DNA from: Pasteurella multocida
GTDB lineage: Bacteria > Pseudomonadota > Gammaproteobacteria > Enterobacterales > Pasteurellaceae
Assembly: GCF_900187275.1 (NCBI RefSeq)
Contig: NZ_LT906458.1
Location: forward strand, 30,001 to 62,000
Reading direction: 5' to 3'
Length of the DNA stretch: 32,000 nt
Shown here piece after piece: positions 22,268 through 32,000 of this stretch. The notes under the pieces are model-generated. The model had not been told where the DNA came from, did no database searches, and saw nothing but the letters and a program-made list of their open reading frames with translations. Numbering within the stretch: position 1 is the first letter of the stretch; every line of letters begins with the position of its first letter. The position numbers were made by a program, and so were the translations under genes.

Positions 22268-22891
22268 TCACTTAGGCTGTGTTTCTTTTAGCTCAGGATA
22301 TTGGTCATTCATCTCCACCGCCCATTGCACTAAGTGCGGTGCGATGTCTTTCAAATTCACGCCGAGCTTTTCACCACGTAAGGCGTACCAGTCGATCAAG
22401 CAAACGGCAGAAATGGTGCCTAAATTCAGCTCATCGCCAAATTGTACTAAATAACGTTCTAACTCTTTGAAACTACGGATATTGCGTTCAGTTAATTGCT
22501 GATGACGTGCAGTCCACCATTCGTTTTCAGGGCGGAGCAAACGCTCGGAAATAATCGGCAAGGTATTTTCCATAATGCCGTCAGTTAGCGCGTGCAGTTG
22601 CAATACCTTCCAGCGTTGGCTGTTACGAGGCAATAAATGACTCTCTGACTGAGTTTGTGCACCAAGATGATCAAGGTATTCACAAATTACATGACTGTTA
22701 TACAGCCATTCACCGTTATCCAGTTGTAACGCAGGCACTCTTCCAAGCGGATTATCTTGATTGTGCGGTGAATTAGGATCAAAAGAAGATTGAATGGTGT
22801 GTAATTCAATTTGATTCTCAAGCTGATGATATTTAATCACCGCCATCACTTTGCGTACATAAGGACTGGTGTTGGAATGCCAGAGTTTCAT
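22268..22891 (-). CDS. Glutathione S-transferase family protein
   Basis: MKLWHSNTSPYVRKVMAVIKYHQLENQIEL; NPLGRVPALQLDNGEWLYNSHVICEYLD (thioredoxin-fold GST N-domain). Confidence 0.85.
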   Translation of the reverse strand: MKLWHSNTSPYVRKVMAVIKYHQLENQIELHTIQSSFDPNSPHNQDNPLGRVPALQLDNGEWLYNSHVICEYLDHLGAQTQSESHLLPRNSQRWKVLQLHALTDGIMENTLPIISERLLRPENEWWTARHQQLTERNIRSFKELERYLVQFGDELNLGTISAVCLIDWYALRGEKLGVNLKDIAPHLVQWAVEMNDQYPELKETQPK

Positions 22892-22908
22892 TTTTTGCTC
22901 CTTACTTG

Positions 22909-23172
22909 TTAGCCGAAAATGTCTTTTAACTGGTTAATATCAAGAACCACTTGCTCGTCTGCTAATAACAACGCAGGAATGCCGATATAGCCATTCTCTT
23001 TCGCTTGCTCAAAAGCGAGATGCTGATCACGCAGTGTTAAAAAACGTTTGAAATTTGCCATAGACGACATGATTTCAACGCTTTCATAGTCCACTTCTAA
23101 GCGCGCTAATTCTGCCACAAATGGCGCCGTATCAGGGCAGAGGTTGGCGAAGAATAAAACCGGTTTGCTCAT
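22909..23172 (-). CDS. Glutaredoxin-like protein
   Basis: 87 aa, MSKPVLFFANLCPDTAPFVAELARLEVDYESVEI...GYIGIPALLLADEQVV: CPDT active-site-like motif and cis-Pro. Confidence 0.75.
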   Translation of the reverse strand: MSKPVLFFANLCPDTAPFVAELARLEVDYESVEIMSSMANFKRFLTLRDQHLAFEQAKENGYIGIPALLLADEQVVLDINQLKDIFG

Positions 23173-23202
23173 CGTAAAAATACCTGAAAAATGAACCGCA
23201 CT

Positions 23203-24105
23203 TTATTTACACCCCGGGAACCCCAATGCTTCACGGCTTGCATAGTAAGCTTCCGCCACGCCTTTGGTTAACGCACGAATGCGTAAGATATAACGTTGGC
23301 GTTCGGTCACGGAAATCGCTTTGCGTGCATCGAGCAAGTTAAAGCTATGTGCTGCTTTTAAAATGCGTTCGTAAGCCGGTAATGGCAACGGTTTTTCTAA
23401 GGCTAACAATTCGCTGGCTTCTTTTTCGTATTGATCGAAACAGTAGAATAAAAAGTCAGTATTGGCGTATTCAAAGTTGTAGGTCGATTGTTCTACTTCG
23501 TTTTGGTGGAACACATCGCCATAAGTAGTTTTGCCTAATGGACCATCAGACCAAACGAGGTCGTACACGCTGTCCACACCTTGAATGTACATGGCTAAAC
23601 GCTCTAAACCGTAAGTAATTTCGCCAGTCACCGGTTTACATTCTAAACCGCCCACTTGTTGGAAATAAGTAAATTGGGTCACTTCCATGCCGTTTAACCA
23701 CACTTCCCAACCCAAGCCCCATGCACCTAACGTTGGGTTTTCCCAGTTATCTTCCACGAAACGAATATCGTTTTGGGTTGGATCAAAACCGAGCATTTTT
23801 AAGCTGTCTAAATACAATTCTTGAATATTATCTGGTGACGGTTTGATCACCACTTGGAATTGGTAGTAGTGCTGTAAACGGTTTGGGTTTTCGCCGTAGC
23901 GACCGTCTGTTGGTCGGCGTGATGGCTGAACATAGGCTGCTGCCATTGGCTCAGGACCTAAAGCTTTTAAGCAAGTCATTGGGTGCGATGTGCCGGCACC
24001 TACTTCCATATCAAAGGGTTGAACGATGACACAACCTTGGTTTGCCCAGTAATCTTGTAAGGCAAGGATCATGCCTTGGAAGGTTTTTACATTAAATTTT
24101 GTCAT
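23203..24105 (-). CDS. glyQ: Glycyl-tRNA synthetase alpha subunit
   Basis: [42 protein letters not shown]. Confidence 0.98.
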
Positions 24106-24386
24106 GATAATGTCTTTATAAAATAAGTTGAAAAAGAGAGAGAAAAATACGCCTTATTATAGGGGAAAGTCAAAGCGGGATAAAGAATAATCTCTGTTTG
24201 ACTTGATTTTTCATTTTGCGAGAAAAACAGAAAAATAAAAATGCGGATTGGTTATGTGACGCGTGTTAAAGTGCGGTAGTTTTTTCGCAATTTTTTGTTT
24301 TTAAATGTGATCTGGCGTACTTACTTTTTTCCCTATTTTGGTTAGACTTGAACGTATTTTAAAGTTAAGTGTAGGGAGCCTGTGGA

Positions 24387-25640
24387 ATGCTATATCAATG
24401 GTTATTGGTATTAAAAAAACCAAGTAATAAATTATGGGTTAGCGCTGCGAGCTGGGCATTGCTCACCGTCATTTTTGTGCTTTCGCTCCGTTTAGGGGCA
24501 AGAACGTTAGAGGTGGCAAGTTTACCGGATATTAAGCAAGAGACATTAGAAAGTTTATTAAATGTGATTGCTTCCAGTATGTTAGCGGTGACGACGTTTT
24601 CGTTGTCGATTATGGTAGCGGCGTTTGCCTCTGCCTCGAATGGGGCAACCCCACGAGCCACGGATTTGGTGATGGGGGACAGTACCACACGCACTGCGAT
24701 TACCAGTTTTATTTGCGCTTTTATTTACGCCATTATTGCCAAAACGGCGTTAGGTATGGCGTTTTACGCACAAAATGGACGTTTTATTTTATTTATTAGT
24801 ACGGTAGCCGTTCTGTTGTATTTAATTATTACTCTAATCCGTTGGGTTTATACCTTATCCCAACTCGGACGTTTGGGGAATACGTTAGAAAAAATTGAAC
24901 AAGTGACAGGCAACGCGTTGCGGCAATACCGTCACTGTCCTCAGATGAACGCGGTATCAACACGACAGCTCAGTTCAGTGGCAAAAAAAATTGAGGCAAG
25001 AAAAAGTGGCTATTTAACCCATATTGATATGCAAGGGCTACAAAAAAAGGCACAAGCACTTGAGGGGTATATTCATATTTATGTTCGACCTGGCGAACTG
25101 ATTTCACCGGATACAGTGATTTGTGCGTTAGAAACTGAACAGGACGTTGAAGAAGAAATATTGCGCCAGTATTTTGTGTTAGCAAAAGGACGGACGTATG
25201 AGCAAGATCCTAACTGGGGCTTTATTGTCTTAAGTGAAGCTGCGCAACGCGCTCTTTCCCCCGCGGTGAATGATCCGGGAACGGCGATTAATATTATGGC
25301 AATCATGATGAATTTGTTTGTACAAGAGCCTGAACCTCAATCAGAAGCAGATGTAGTGGAATATGATCGGTTATCTATCGCTCAATTAGATTGTGCAGAA
25401 TGGATACGTGATGCCTTTGCTCCTATTTCCCGTGATGGCGCGGGGATTTTAGAGGTCAACGTGGTGATGCAAAAAGTGCTCGCCAGTATTTGGCGTAATG
25501 TACCAGAAAAAGCCGTTTCAAATGCCGCCTTACTTATGGCAGAGCAAGCATTGGCAAGGGCAGAGCAAGCGTTAGTGTTGCAGGCAGAGAGAGAACAATT
25601 ACGCGAAAAACATAACCAATTATTCCATTCGGTGCGTTAA
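24387..25640 (+). CDS. DUF2254-like predicted membrane protein
   Basis: About four hydrophobic segments at the N-terminus, then a soluble domain ([15 protein letters not shown]; [19 protein letters not shown]) resembling the DUF2254 family. Confidence 0.7.
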
Positions 25641-25750
25641 GTTTGCCCGATGCAATAGGCAGAGCTAAGAATTTATCACCGATTGATAAAACATCCGCTA
25701 TAATGGACGAACTTTTTAGAACAAGAGAACTCAAATTTAAGGAATTTATC

Positions 25751-26608
25751 ATGCAAAATCCAAAAGATGACGTACTTTATGCGCCGATTGAATGGCAAGA
25801 CCACAGTGAAGGGTATACCGATATTCTTTATCATAAATCGCTCGATGGGATTGCGAAAATTACCATTAATCGCCCTGAAGTACGTAACGCATTTCGTCCC
25901 CAAACCGTGAAAGAAATGATTCAAGCCTTTGCCGATGCGCGTTTTGATGAACAAATTGGTGTGATTGTATTAACGGGACAAGGTGAAAAAGCGTTTTGTT
26001 CTGGTGGCGATCAAAAAGTGCGTGGCGATTATGGCGGTTATCAAGATGAGAGCGGTGTACATCATTTAAATGTATTGGATTTTCAACGTGATATTCGTAC
26101 TTGTCCAAAACCAGTGGTCGCCATGGTGGCGGGTTATGCGATTGGTGGTGGGCATGTATTACATATGATTTGTGATTTAACCATTGCTGCAGACAATGCG
26201 ATTTTTGGTCAAACAGGACCTAAAGTGGGTTCCTTTGACGGTGGTTGGGGCGCAAGTTATATGGCGCGTATCGTTGGTCAGAAAAAAGCGCGTGAAATTT
26301 GGTTCTTATGTCGTCAATATGACGCCAAAGAAGCCTTGGAAATGGGGTTAGTGAATACAGTCGTGCCTTACGCGGAGTTAGAAAAAGAAACCGTGCGTTG
26401 GTGCCGTGAAATGTTGCGTAATAGTCCAATTGCATTACGTTGTTTAAAAGCTGCATTAAATGCAGACTGTGATGGACAAGCGGGCTTACAAGAGTTAGCG
26501 GGCAATGCGACGATGTTATTCTATATGACAGAAGAAGGCCAAGAAGGGCGCAATGCGTTTAATGAAAAACGTGCGCCTGACTTCAGTAAATTTAAACGTA
26601 ATCCCTGA
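25751..26608 (+). CDS. menB: 1,4-dihydroxy-2-naphthoyl-CoA synthase
   Basis: [22 protein letters not shown]; [37 protein letters not shown]. The track ORF start (25643) is upstream of the likely start [15 protein letters not shown]. Confidence 0.95.
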
Positions 26609-26690
26609 TCCAAGTATTGTTGTAAGTGGTGAGCTTGTTGCGAGTGAACTGCATTGTTTAACATGAAGTAAATACATAAGGAAGATGTCT

Positions 26691-26864
26691 ATGTTTTCTT
26701 GGAAGAAAGTCCTCTTTAAAGGTGTGATAGCGGTATTATCGCTCTTTGTCTTCGCTGTCGCGGTATTTTTTGTCGGTATGGCGCTGTTAACGCTTGATCC
26801 GAAAGACCGTTGTTTAGATTATGGTGGACGTTATGACGATGCAACAAAAATATGTGAAAAATGA
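26691..26864 (+). CDS. 57-aa predicted membrane or secreted protein, absent from the supplied ORF track
   Basis: [57 protein letters not shown]; preceded by AAGGAAG. Its stop overlaps menC as ATGA. Confidence 0.7.
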   Translation: MFSWKKVLFKGVIAVLSLFVFAVAVFFVGMALLTLDPKDRCLDYGGRYDDATKICEK

Positions 26865-27874
26865 CCATGATAAGAAAATTTAAGTTATATCAATACAGTA
26901 TTCCCGTCGATAGCCAACTCATTTTACGCAATCGTTTCTTAAAAAAGCGTGAAGGGTTGCTCGTGCAAGTTTGCTGTGATGATGCACAAGGTTGGGGGGA
27001 GATTGCCCCCCTACCTGAGTTTAGCCAAGAAACTTTAGAGCAGGCGCGTGAACAAGCATTAGCATGGTTAGAGGAATGGTCTGCCAGTGATGCTTCAGCC
27101 GGAAAATTGCCTTTAGAGCATTTATTTCCTTCTGTGGCATTCGGTTTAAGCTGTGCGTTAGCGGAAATGAAGGGGTTACTACATGAAGAAGGCAATTATC
27201 AAGTGGCACCACTTTGTTATGGTGATCCTGATGAGTTATATGATCCCCTCAACCAAATGCAAGGTGAAAAAGTCGCCAAAATTAAAGTGGGGATGTATGA
27301 AGCTAATCGCGATGGGCTAATTGCGGATATGCTCCTTGAAGCCATTCCTGATTTACATTTACGCCTTGATGCGAACCGCAGTTGGACGCCGAGCAAAGCA
27401 CAGATGTTTGCGAAATATGTCAAACCAGAACATCGTGCACGCATTCAATTTTTAGAAGAACCGTGTAAAACGCCAGCAGAAAGCCTGCAATTTGCGGAAG
27501 AAACTGGTATTGCGATAGCCTGGGATGAAACAGTACGTGACGCAGAATTTCAACAAAATCCACCGCACTTTTTTACGCCTCAAGTGAAAGCCATTGTGAT
27601 CAAGCCAACGTTAGTGGGTTCTATACAACGCTGTGTTGAATTGATTAAGCAAGCACATGCGCATGGAATACAAGCGGTAATCAGTTCTTCCATTGAAAGT
27701 AGCCTAGGTTTAACGCAATTAGCACGTCTTGCGCAACAATATACCCCAAATACGGTGCCGGGACTGGATACGCTAGATTTGATGGATTACCAAGTGATAC
27801 GCCCGTGGCCAAGCTCAACGTTACCACTGATTGACTTAGATTCAGAATATATTGTTCCCATTAAGCTGGACTGA
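26861..27874 (+). CDS. menC: o-succinylbenzoate synthase
   Basis: Enolase superfamily: [14 protein letters not shown]; LRLDANRSW; [11 protein letters not shown]; [10 protein letters not shown]. Directly follows menB. Confidence 0.93.
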   Translation: MTMIRKFKLYQYSIPVDSQLILRNRFLKKREGLLVQVCCDDAQGWGEIAPLPEFSQETLEQAREQALAWLEEWSASDASAGKLPLEHLFPSVAFGLSCALAEMKGLLHEEGNYQVAPLCYGDPDELYDPLNQMQGEKVAKIKVGMYEANRDGLIADMLLEAIPDLHLRLDANRSWTPSKAQMFAKYVKPEHRARIQFLEEPCKTPAESLQFAEETGIAIAWDETVRDAEFQQNPPHFFTPQVKAIVIKPTLVGSIQRCVELIKQAHAHGIQAVISSSIESSLGLTQLARLAQQYTPNTVPGLDTLDLMDYQVIRPWPSSTLPLIDLDSEYIVPIKLD

Positions 27875-27944
27875 TAAGACCACAAAAAGGCTGTTATTTC
27901 AGAAAAAATAGTTATAATTCTCAACTTTTAATGAGGAAGGCATT

Positions 27945-28391
27945 ATGTCGCAACCAAAACGAATTTTGCTATTAAATGGACCGAACTTAAATATGTTAGG
28001 TGTAAGAGAGCCTACCCATTATGGCAGCCTGTCTTTAAAAACCATTGAGCAAGATTTACAGTCATTGGCACAACAATATGCTGTTGAATTGAGTTGTTTC
28101 CAAGCAAACAGTGAAGAAAAATTAATTGAGAAAATTCACCAAAGTTTTCAACAGATTGATTTTATTATTATCAATCCTGCGGCATTTACTCACACCAGTG
28201 TGGCACTACGCGATGCGCTTTTGGCTGTGGCGATTCCGTTTGTGGAAGTGCATTTATCGAATGTGCATAAACGTGAACCTTTCCGTCATCACTCTTATTT
28301 TAGTGATGTGGCTGAAGGTGTGATTTGCGGTTTAGGCGCAAAAGGGTATGAATTTGCGCTACAGTTTGCGGTCAGTTTCCTGAAAAAATAG
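27945..28391 (+). CDS. aroQ: Type II 3-dehydroquinate dehydratase
   Basis: [17 protein letters not shown]; [19 protein letters not shown]; [17 protein letters not shown]. Confidence 0.96.
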   Translation: MSQPKRILLLNGPNLNMLGVREPTHYGSLSLKTIEQDLQSLAQQYAVELSCFQANSEEKLIEKIHQSFQQIDFIIINPAAFTHTSVALRDALLAVAIPFVEVHLSNVHKREPFRHHSYFSDVAEGVICGLGAKGYEFALQFAVSFLKK

Positions 28392-28545
28392 GCATAAATT
28401 AAAGAAATTGACAGAATTTTATCGCAAAGTTGTCGATTTTCAGGTAATCTCTCGCACGAGATGTAGAATTAACCAGTTGGCACTTTAACTATCGTGGTTT
28501 GATAGCGAAAGGGTCGTTAAGAAATAATATGTTAGGACATAGATT

Positions 28546-29007
28546 ATGGACATTCGTAAAATTAAAAAGCTGATCGAATTAGTAGAAGAATCGGGCATTA
28601 TGGAATTGGAAATTTCTGAAGGGGAAGAATCCGTTCGTATTAATCGTGGTTCAGCTGCACCAAGTGCGGTGCAATATAGCCTACCTGTACAAGCTGCTCC
28701 AGCACCAGTTGCAGCCCCTACTGCACCAGCCGTATCGGCGCCAGCTGCGCCAGTCAATGCAGAAGAAGTGTCTGGTCACTTTATTCGTTCACCAATGGTA
28801 GGGACCTTTTATCGTAGTCCAAGTCCAGAAGCCAAACCATTTGTTGAAATTGGGCAGGCAGTAAAAGTGGGTGATGCACTTTGTATCGTTGAAGCGATGA
28901 AAATGATGAACCGTATTGAAGCAGATAAAGCCGGCGTGGTGAAGGCAATCTTAGTCAATGACGGTGAAGCCGTTGAGTTTGATCAAAAACTTATCATCAT
29001 TGAATAA
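28546..29007 (+). CDS. accB: Acetyl-CoA carboxylase biotin carboxyl carrier protein
   Basis: [32 protein letters not shown]; Ala/Pro linker; biotinylation motif [12 protein letters not shown]. Confidence 0.97.
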   Translation: MDIRKIKKLIELVEESGIMELEISEGEESVRINRGSAAPSAVQYSLPVQAAPAPVAAPTAPAVSAPAAPVNAEEVSGHFIRSPMVGTFYRSPSPEAKPFVEIGQAVKVGDALCIVEAMKMMNRIEADKAGVVKAILVNDGEAVEFDQKLIIIE

Positions 29008-29022
29008 TCAACTAAATTTGTA

Positions 29023-29084
29023 ATAAGCGATGTGATATCGCTTATTTTTCATATCAATCTATTGCTAGATAGTGAGCTCACTAT
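29023..29084. other. Hairpin with short T-tract, then perfect 16-bp palindrome, between accB and accC
   Basis: ATAAGCGAT-GTGAT-ATCGCTTAT-TTTTC (29023-29050) and ATAGTGAGCTCACTAT (29069-29084). Confidence 0.7.
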
Positions 29085-29108
29085 TTACTTACAAAGTGGA
29101 ATTTTCTT

Positions 29109-30455
29109 ATGTTAGAGAAAGTGGTTATTGCCAATCGTGGTGAAATTGCGCTACGTATTTTGCGTGCTTGCAAAGAATTAGGCATAAAAACTGTTGCGGT
29201 GCATTCCACAGCAGACCGTGAATTGAAACATGTTTTACTTGCAGATGAAACTGTTTGTATTGGTCCTGCGCCTTCAACGAAAAGTTATCTTAATATTCCG
29301 GCTATCATTGCAGCGGCTGAAGTAACAGGTGCGGATGCTATCCACCCTGGTTATGGTTTTTTATCTGAAAATGCAGATTTTGCGGAGCAAGTTGAACGTT
29401 CTGGATTTATTTTTATTGGTCCCACTGCAGACGTGATCCGTTTAATGGGTGACAAAGTTTCTGCGATTGAAGCAATGAAGAAATCAGGTGTACCTTGTGT
29501 ACCGGGCTCTGATGGTCCTGTGGGTAGCGATATGGCAAAAAATAAAGAAATCGCCAAACGTATTGGTTACCCTGTGATTATTAAAGCTTCAGGCGGCGGT
29601 GGTGGTCGTGGTATGCGTGTAGTGCGTGATGAGGCCTCTTTAGAAGAATCTATCGCGATGACCAAAGCAGAAGCAAAAGCGGCTTTTAATAACGATATGG
29701 TGTATATGGAAAAATACCTAGAAAATCCACGTCATATTGAAATTCAAGTCTTAGCCGATACCCATGGTAATGCCATTTATTTAGCGGAGCGTGATTGCTC
29801 AATGCAACGTCGCCATCAAAAAGTGGTAGAAGAAGCCCCAGCACCGGGTATTTCCGATGAAGTTCGTCGTGATATTGGTGAACGTTGTGCCAAAGCATGC
29901 GTAGAAATTGGTTATCGTGGGGCAGGTACGTTTGAGTTCTTGTATGAAAATGGGGAGTTCTATTTCATTGAGATGAATACCCGTATTCAAGTAGAACATC
30001 CAGTCACAGAAATGATCACGGGTGTGGACTTGGTGAAAGAACAATTGCGTATCGCAGCCGGATTGCCGATCTCCATTAAGCAAGAAGATGTGAAAGTGCG
30101 TGGTCATGCGATTGAATGCCGTATTAATGCAGAAGATCCTAAATCCTTCTTGCCTTCACCGGGTAAGGTGGATCATTTACACTCTCCGGGTGGATTAGGT
30201 GTGCGTTGGGATTCACATGTTTATGCGGGTTATACCGTCCCACCACATTATGATTCAATGATTGCAAAATTGATTACTTATGGTGATACTCGTGAAGTCG
30301 CGATTCGTCGTATGCAAAATGCACTGGGTGAAACGATTTTAACCGGTATTAAAACCAATATTCCTCTGCACGAATTGATTCTGGCAGATGAAAATTTTCA
30401 ACAGGGTGGCACGAATATCCATTACCTAGAGAAAAAACTTGGCATGCGTGACTAA
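29109..30455 (+). CDS. accC: Acetyl-CoA carboxylase biotin carboxylase subunit
   Basis: [33 protein letters not shown]; [10 protein letters not shown]; [24 protein letters not shown]. Confidence 0.98.
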   Translation: MLEKVVIANRGEIALRILRACKELGIKTVAVHSTADRELKHVLLADETVCIGPAPSTKSYLNIPAIIAAAEVTGADAIHPGYGFLSENADFAEQVERSGFIFIGPTADVIRLMGDKVSAIEAMKKSGVPCVPGSDGPVGSDMAKNKEIAKRIGYPVIIKASGGGGGRGMRVVRDEASLEESIAMTKAEAKAAFNNDMVYMEKYLENPRHIEIQVLADTHGNAIYLAERDCSMQRRHQKVVEEAPAPGISDEVRRDIGERCAKACVEIGYRGAGTFEFLYENGEFYFIEMNTRIQVEHPVTEMITGVDLVKEQLRIAAGLPISIKQEDVKVRGHAIECRINAEDPKSFLPSPGKVDHLHSPGGLGVRWDSHVYAGYTVPPHYDSMIAKLITYGDTREVAIRRMQNALGETILTGIKTNIPLHELILADENFQQGGTNIHYLEKKLGMRD

Positions 30456-30537
30456 TTAAAATCTGTCACTTAACGAAGGAACGAGAAAAGTGGATTTATC
30501 CACTTTTCTTATATCAGTTTTACAAGGAATTTATAAA

Positions 30538-30789
30538 ATGAATCTTAATTCCCGCTATAAGCAAGCAACAAAAGAAGCGCTATGGGCGTTTGGGTTAACC
30601 ATTTTATATATGGTTGGTTGGTGTGTTTTTGCCTATGGATTACCAAATACAAAAGGATTTTTTGACTTCCCACTCTGGTTTGAATTTTCCTGCTTTTATT
30701 TGCCAATCCTCTTCACAGCTATCATTTATATTTGTATTAAATTTGTCTTTTGTGATATCGATTTAGAGGACAATGAAAATGAACTATAG
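30538..30789 (+). CDS. yhdT: YhdT family membrane protein
   Basis: MNLNSRYKQATKEALWAFGLTILYMVGWCVFAYGLPNTKGFFDFPLWFEFSCFYLPILF; position immediately before panF. Confidence 0.85.
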   Translation: MNLNSRYKQATKEALWAFGLTILYMVGWCVFAYGLPNTKGFFDFPLWFEFSCFYLPILFTAIIYICIKFVFCDIDLEDNENEL

Positions 30790-32000
30790 CATTCTTATTC
30801 CTTTATTCCTGTATTTATGCTTTGTGTTTGCAGTGGCTTATTATGCCTATGCTAAACGACAAAAGGGGAGCTTTTTAAGTGAATATTATGTTGGAAATCG
30901 CTCTATGTCTGGTTTTGTATTGGCGATGACGACGGCTGCAACTTATGTAGGGGCGAGTTCATTTATTGGTGGACCGGGTGCCGCGTATAAATTTGGTTTA
31001 GGCTGGGTTTTATTGGCGATGATTCAAGTCCCCGTGGTGCTTTTTACCCTTGGTGTATTGGGGAAAAAATTTGCCATGTGGGCAAGAGAACATAAAAGTT
31101 TAACCATTAATGACATTTTATTTTCTCGCTATAAAAGCCCAACCATTGTGTTGTTAGCCAGTTTATCCTTGTTATTTTCCTTCTTTATTATGATGGCAGT
31201 ACAATTCATTGGTGTTGGACGTTTATTAGAAACCACATTGAATATTGACTACCGTCTTTCTGTACTAATTTTTGCCACAACTGTGGGAATCTATACTTTC
31301 ATTGGTGGCTTTAGAGCGGTAGTATTAACGGACACGATTCAAGGTCTCATCATGATGATCGGTACGTTCCTACTGTTATTTGGTGTGATTTATGCTGGTG
31401 GCGGAGTCAGTCAAATCATAGATACATTAGAAACGATTGATCCACGTTTGATTACGCCTTATGGCATTGAAGCAAGACCGCTTGATTTTACTTTTATGGC
31501 GTCTTTCTGGGTGTTGGTGTGTTTTGGATTGTTAGGGCTTCCACATACGGTTATCCGCGCGATGTCATATAAAAACAGTAAAGCATTACATAGTGGAATT
31601 GTGATTGGTACTGTGGTGATTGCCTTATTAATGTTAGGGATGCATTTAGCTGGCGCACTAGGACGAGCGGTGGTACCAGAATTATCAGTTACGGATAAAA
31701 TTATTCCAACTTTGATGATTCAAGTGCTTCCGCCTGTGGTTGCTGGGATTTTCTTAGCGGCGCCGATGGCAGCCATTATGTCATCTATTGACTCGATGCT
31801 TATTCAAGCGTCTTCGACGTTAATTAAAGATTTATATCTACGTTTTAAACCTGAGCAAATTCGTAATGAGCGACGGGTCAAAATTTTATCGACAGTCGCT
31901 ACATTATTCATGACGGTTTTAGTCACTGTCGCGACATTAAATCCGCCTGATATGCTGATTTGGTTAAACTTATTTGCCTTAGGGGGATTAGAAACAACGT
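30773..32000 (+). CDS. panF: Sodium/pantothenate symporter, N-terminal part (runs off window, not in ORF track)
   Basis: Reading frame MKMNYSILIPLFLYLCFVFAVAYYAYAKRQKGSFLSEYYVGNRSMSGFVLAMTTAATYVGASSFIGGPGAAYKFGLGWVLLAMIQ; overlaps yhdT. Confidence 0.9.
   Translation, partial: MKMNYSILIPLFLYLCFVFAVAYYAYAKRQKGSFLSEYYVGNRSMSGFVLAMTTAATYVGASSFIGGPGAAYKFGLGWVLLAMIQVPVVLFTLGVLGKKFAMWAREHKSLTINDILFSRYKSPTIVLLASLSLLFSFFIMMAVQFIGVGRLLETTLNIDYRLSVLIFATTVGIYTFIGGFRAVVLTDTIQGLIMMIGTFLLLFGVIYAGGGVSQIIDTLETIDPRLITPYGIEARPLDFTFMASFWVLVCFGLLGLPHTVIRAMSYKNSKALHSGIVIGTVVIALLMLGMHLAGALGRAVVPELSVTDKIIPTLMIQVLPPVVAGIFLAAPMAAIMSSIDSMLIQASSTLIKDLYLRFKPEQIRNERRVKILSTVATLFMTVLVTVATLNPPDMLIWLNLFALGGLETT

Overview
This looks like an ordinary chromosomal stretch from a Pasteurellaceae bacterium. 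The strongest taxonomic evidence is at least 17 exact copies of the Haemophilus/Pasteurella DNA uptake signal AAGTGCGGT, counted by eye on both strands, against about 0.24 expected by chance in 32 kb. Nearly every ORF belongs to a well-known housekeeping family. In order: argC (partial), argE, a GT32-like glycosyltransferase, four tRNA-Val(UAC) copies, gltX, tRNA-Ala(GGC), pnp, nlpI, deaD, a modD/ABC ATPase/modB-like/modA-like operon, groL, groS, fxsA, an AbgT-family transporter, aspA, glyS, a small orphan membrane protein, a GST, a glutaredoxin-like protein, glyQ, a DUF2254-like protein, menB, an unlisted 57-aa membrane ORF, menC, aroQ, accB, accC, yhdT and panF (partial). I found no CRISPR array, restriction or defence module, prophage, transposase, retron or integron. 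I do not see a convincing new biological system here. The items most worth a second look are: (1) a mod-like operon with a truncated-type ATPase and a ModD of unclear role, preceded by a ModE-box-like inverted repeat; (2) an orphan two-helix membrane protein, plus redox genes, inserted between glyQ and glyS; (3) the unannotated 57-aa ORF between menB and menC; (4) a 9-bp hairpin and a perfect 16-bp palindrome between accB and accC; (5) regulatory structures at pnp and at the tRNA-Ala promoter; (6) a lone glycosyltransferase beside the tRNA-Val cluster.
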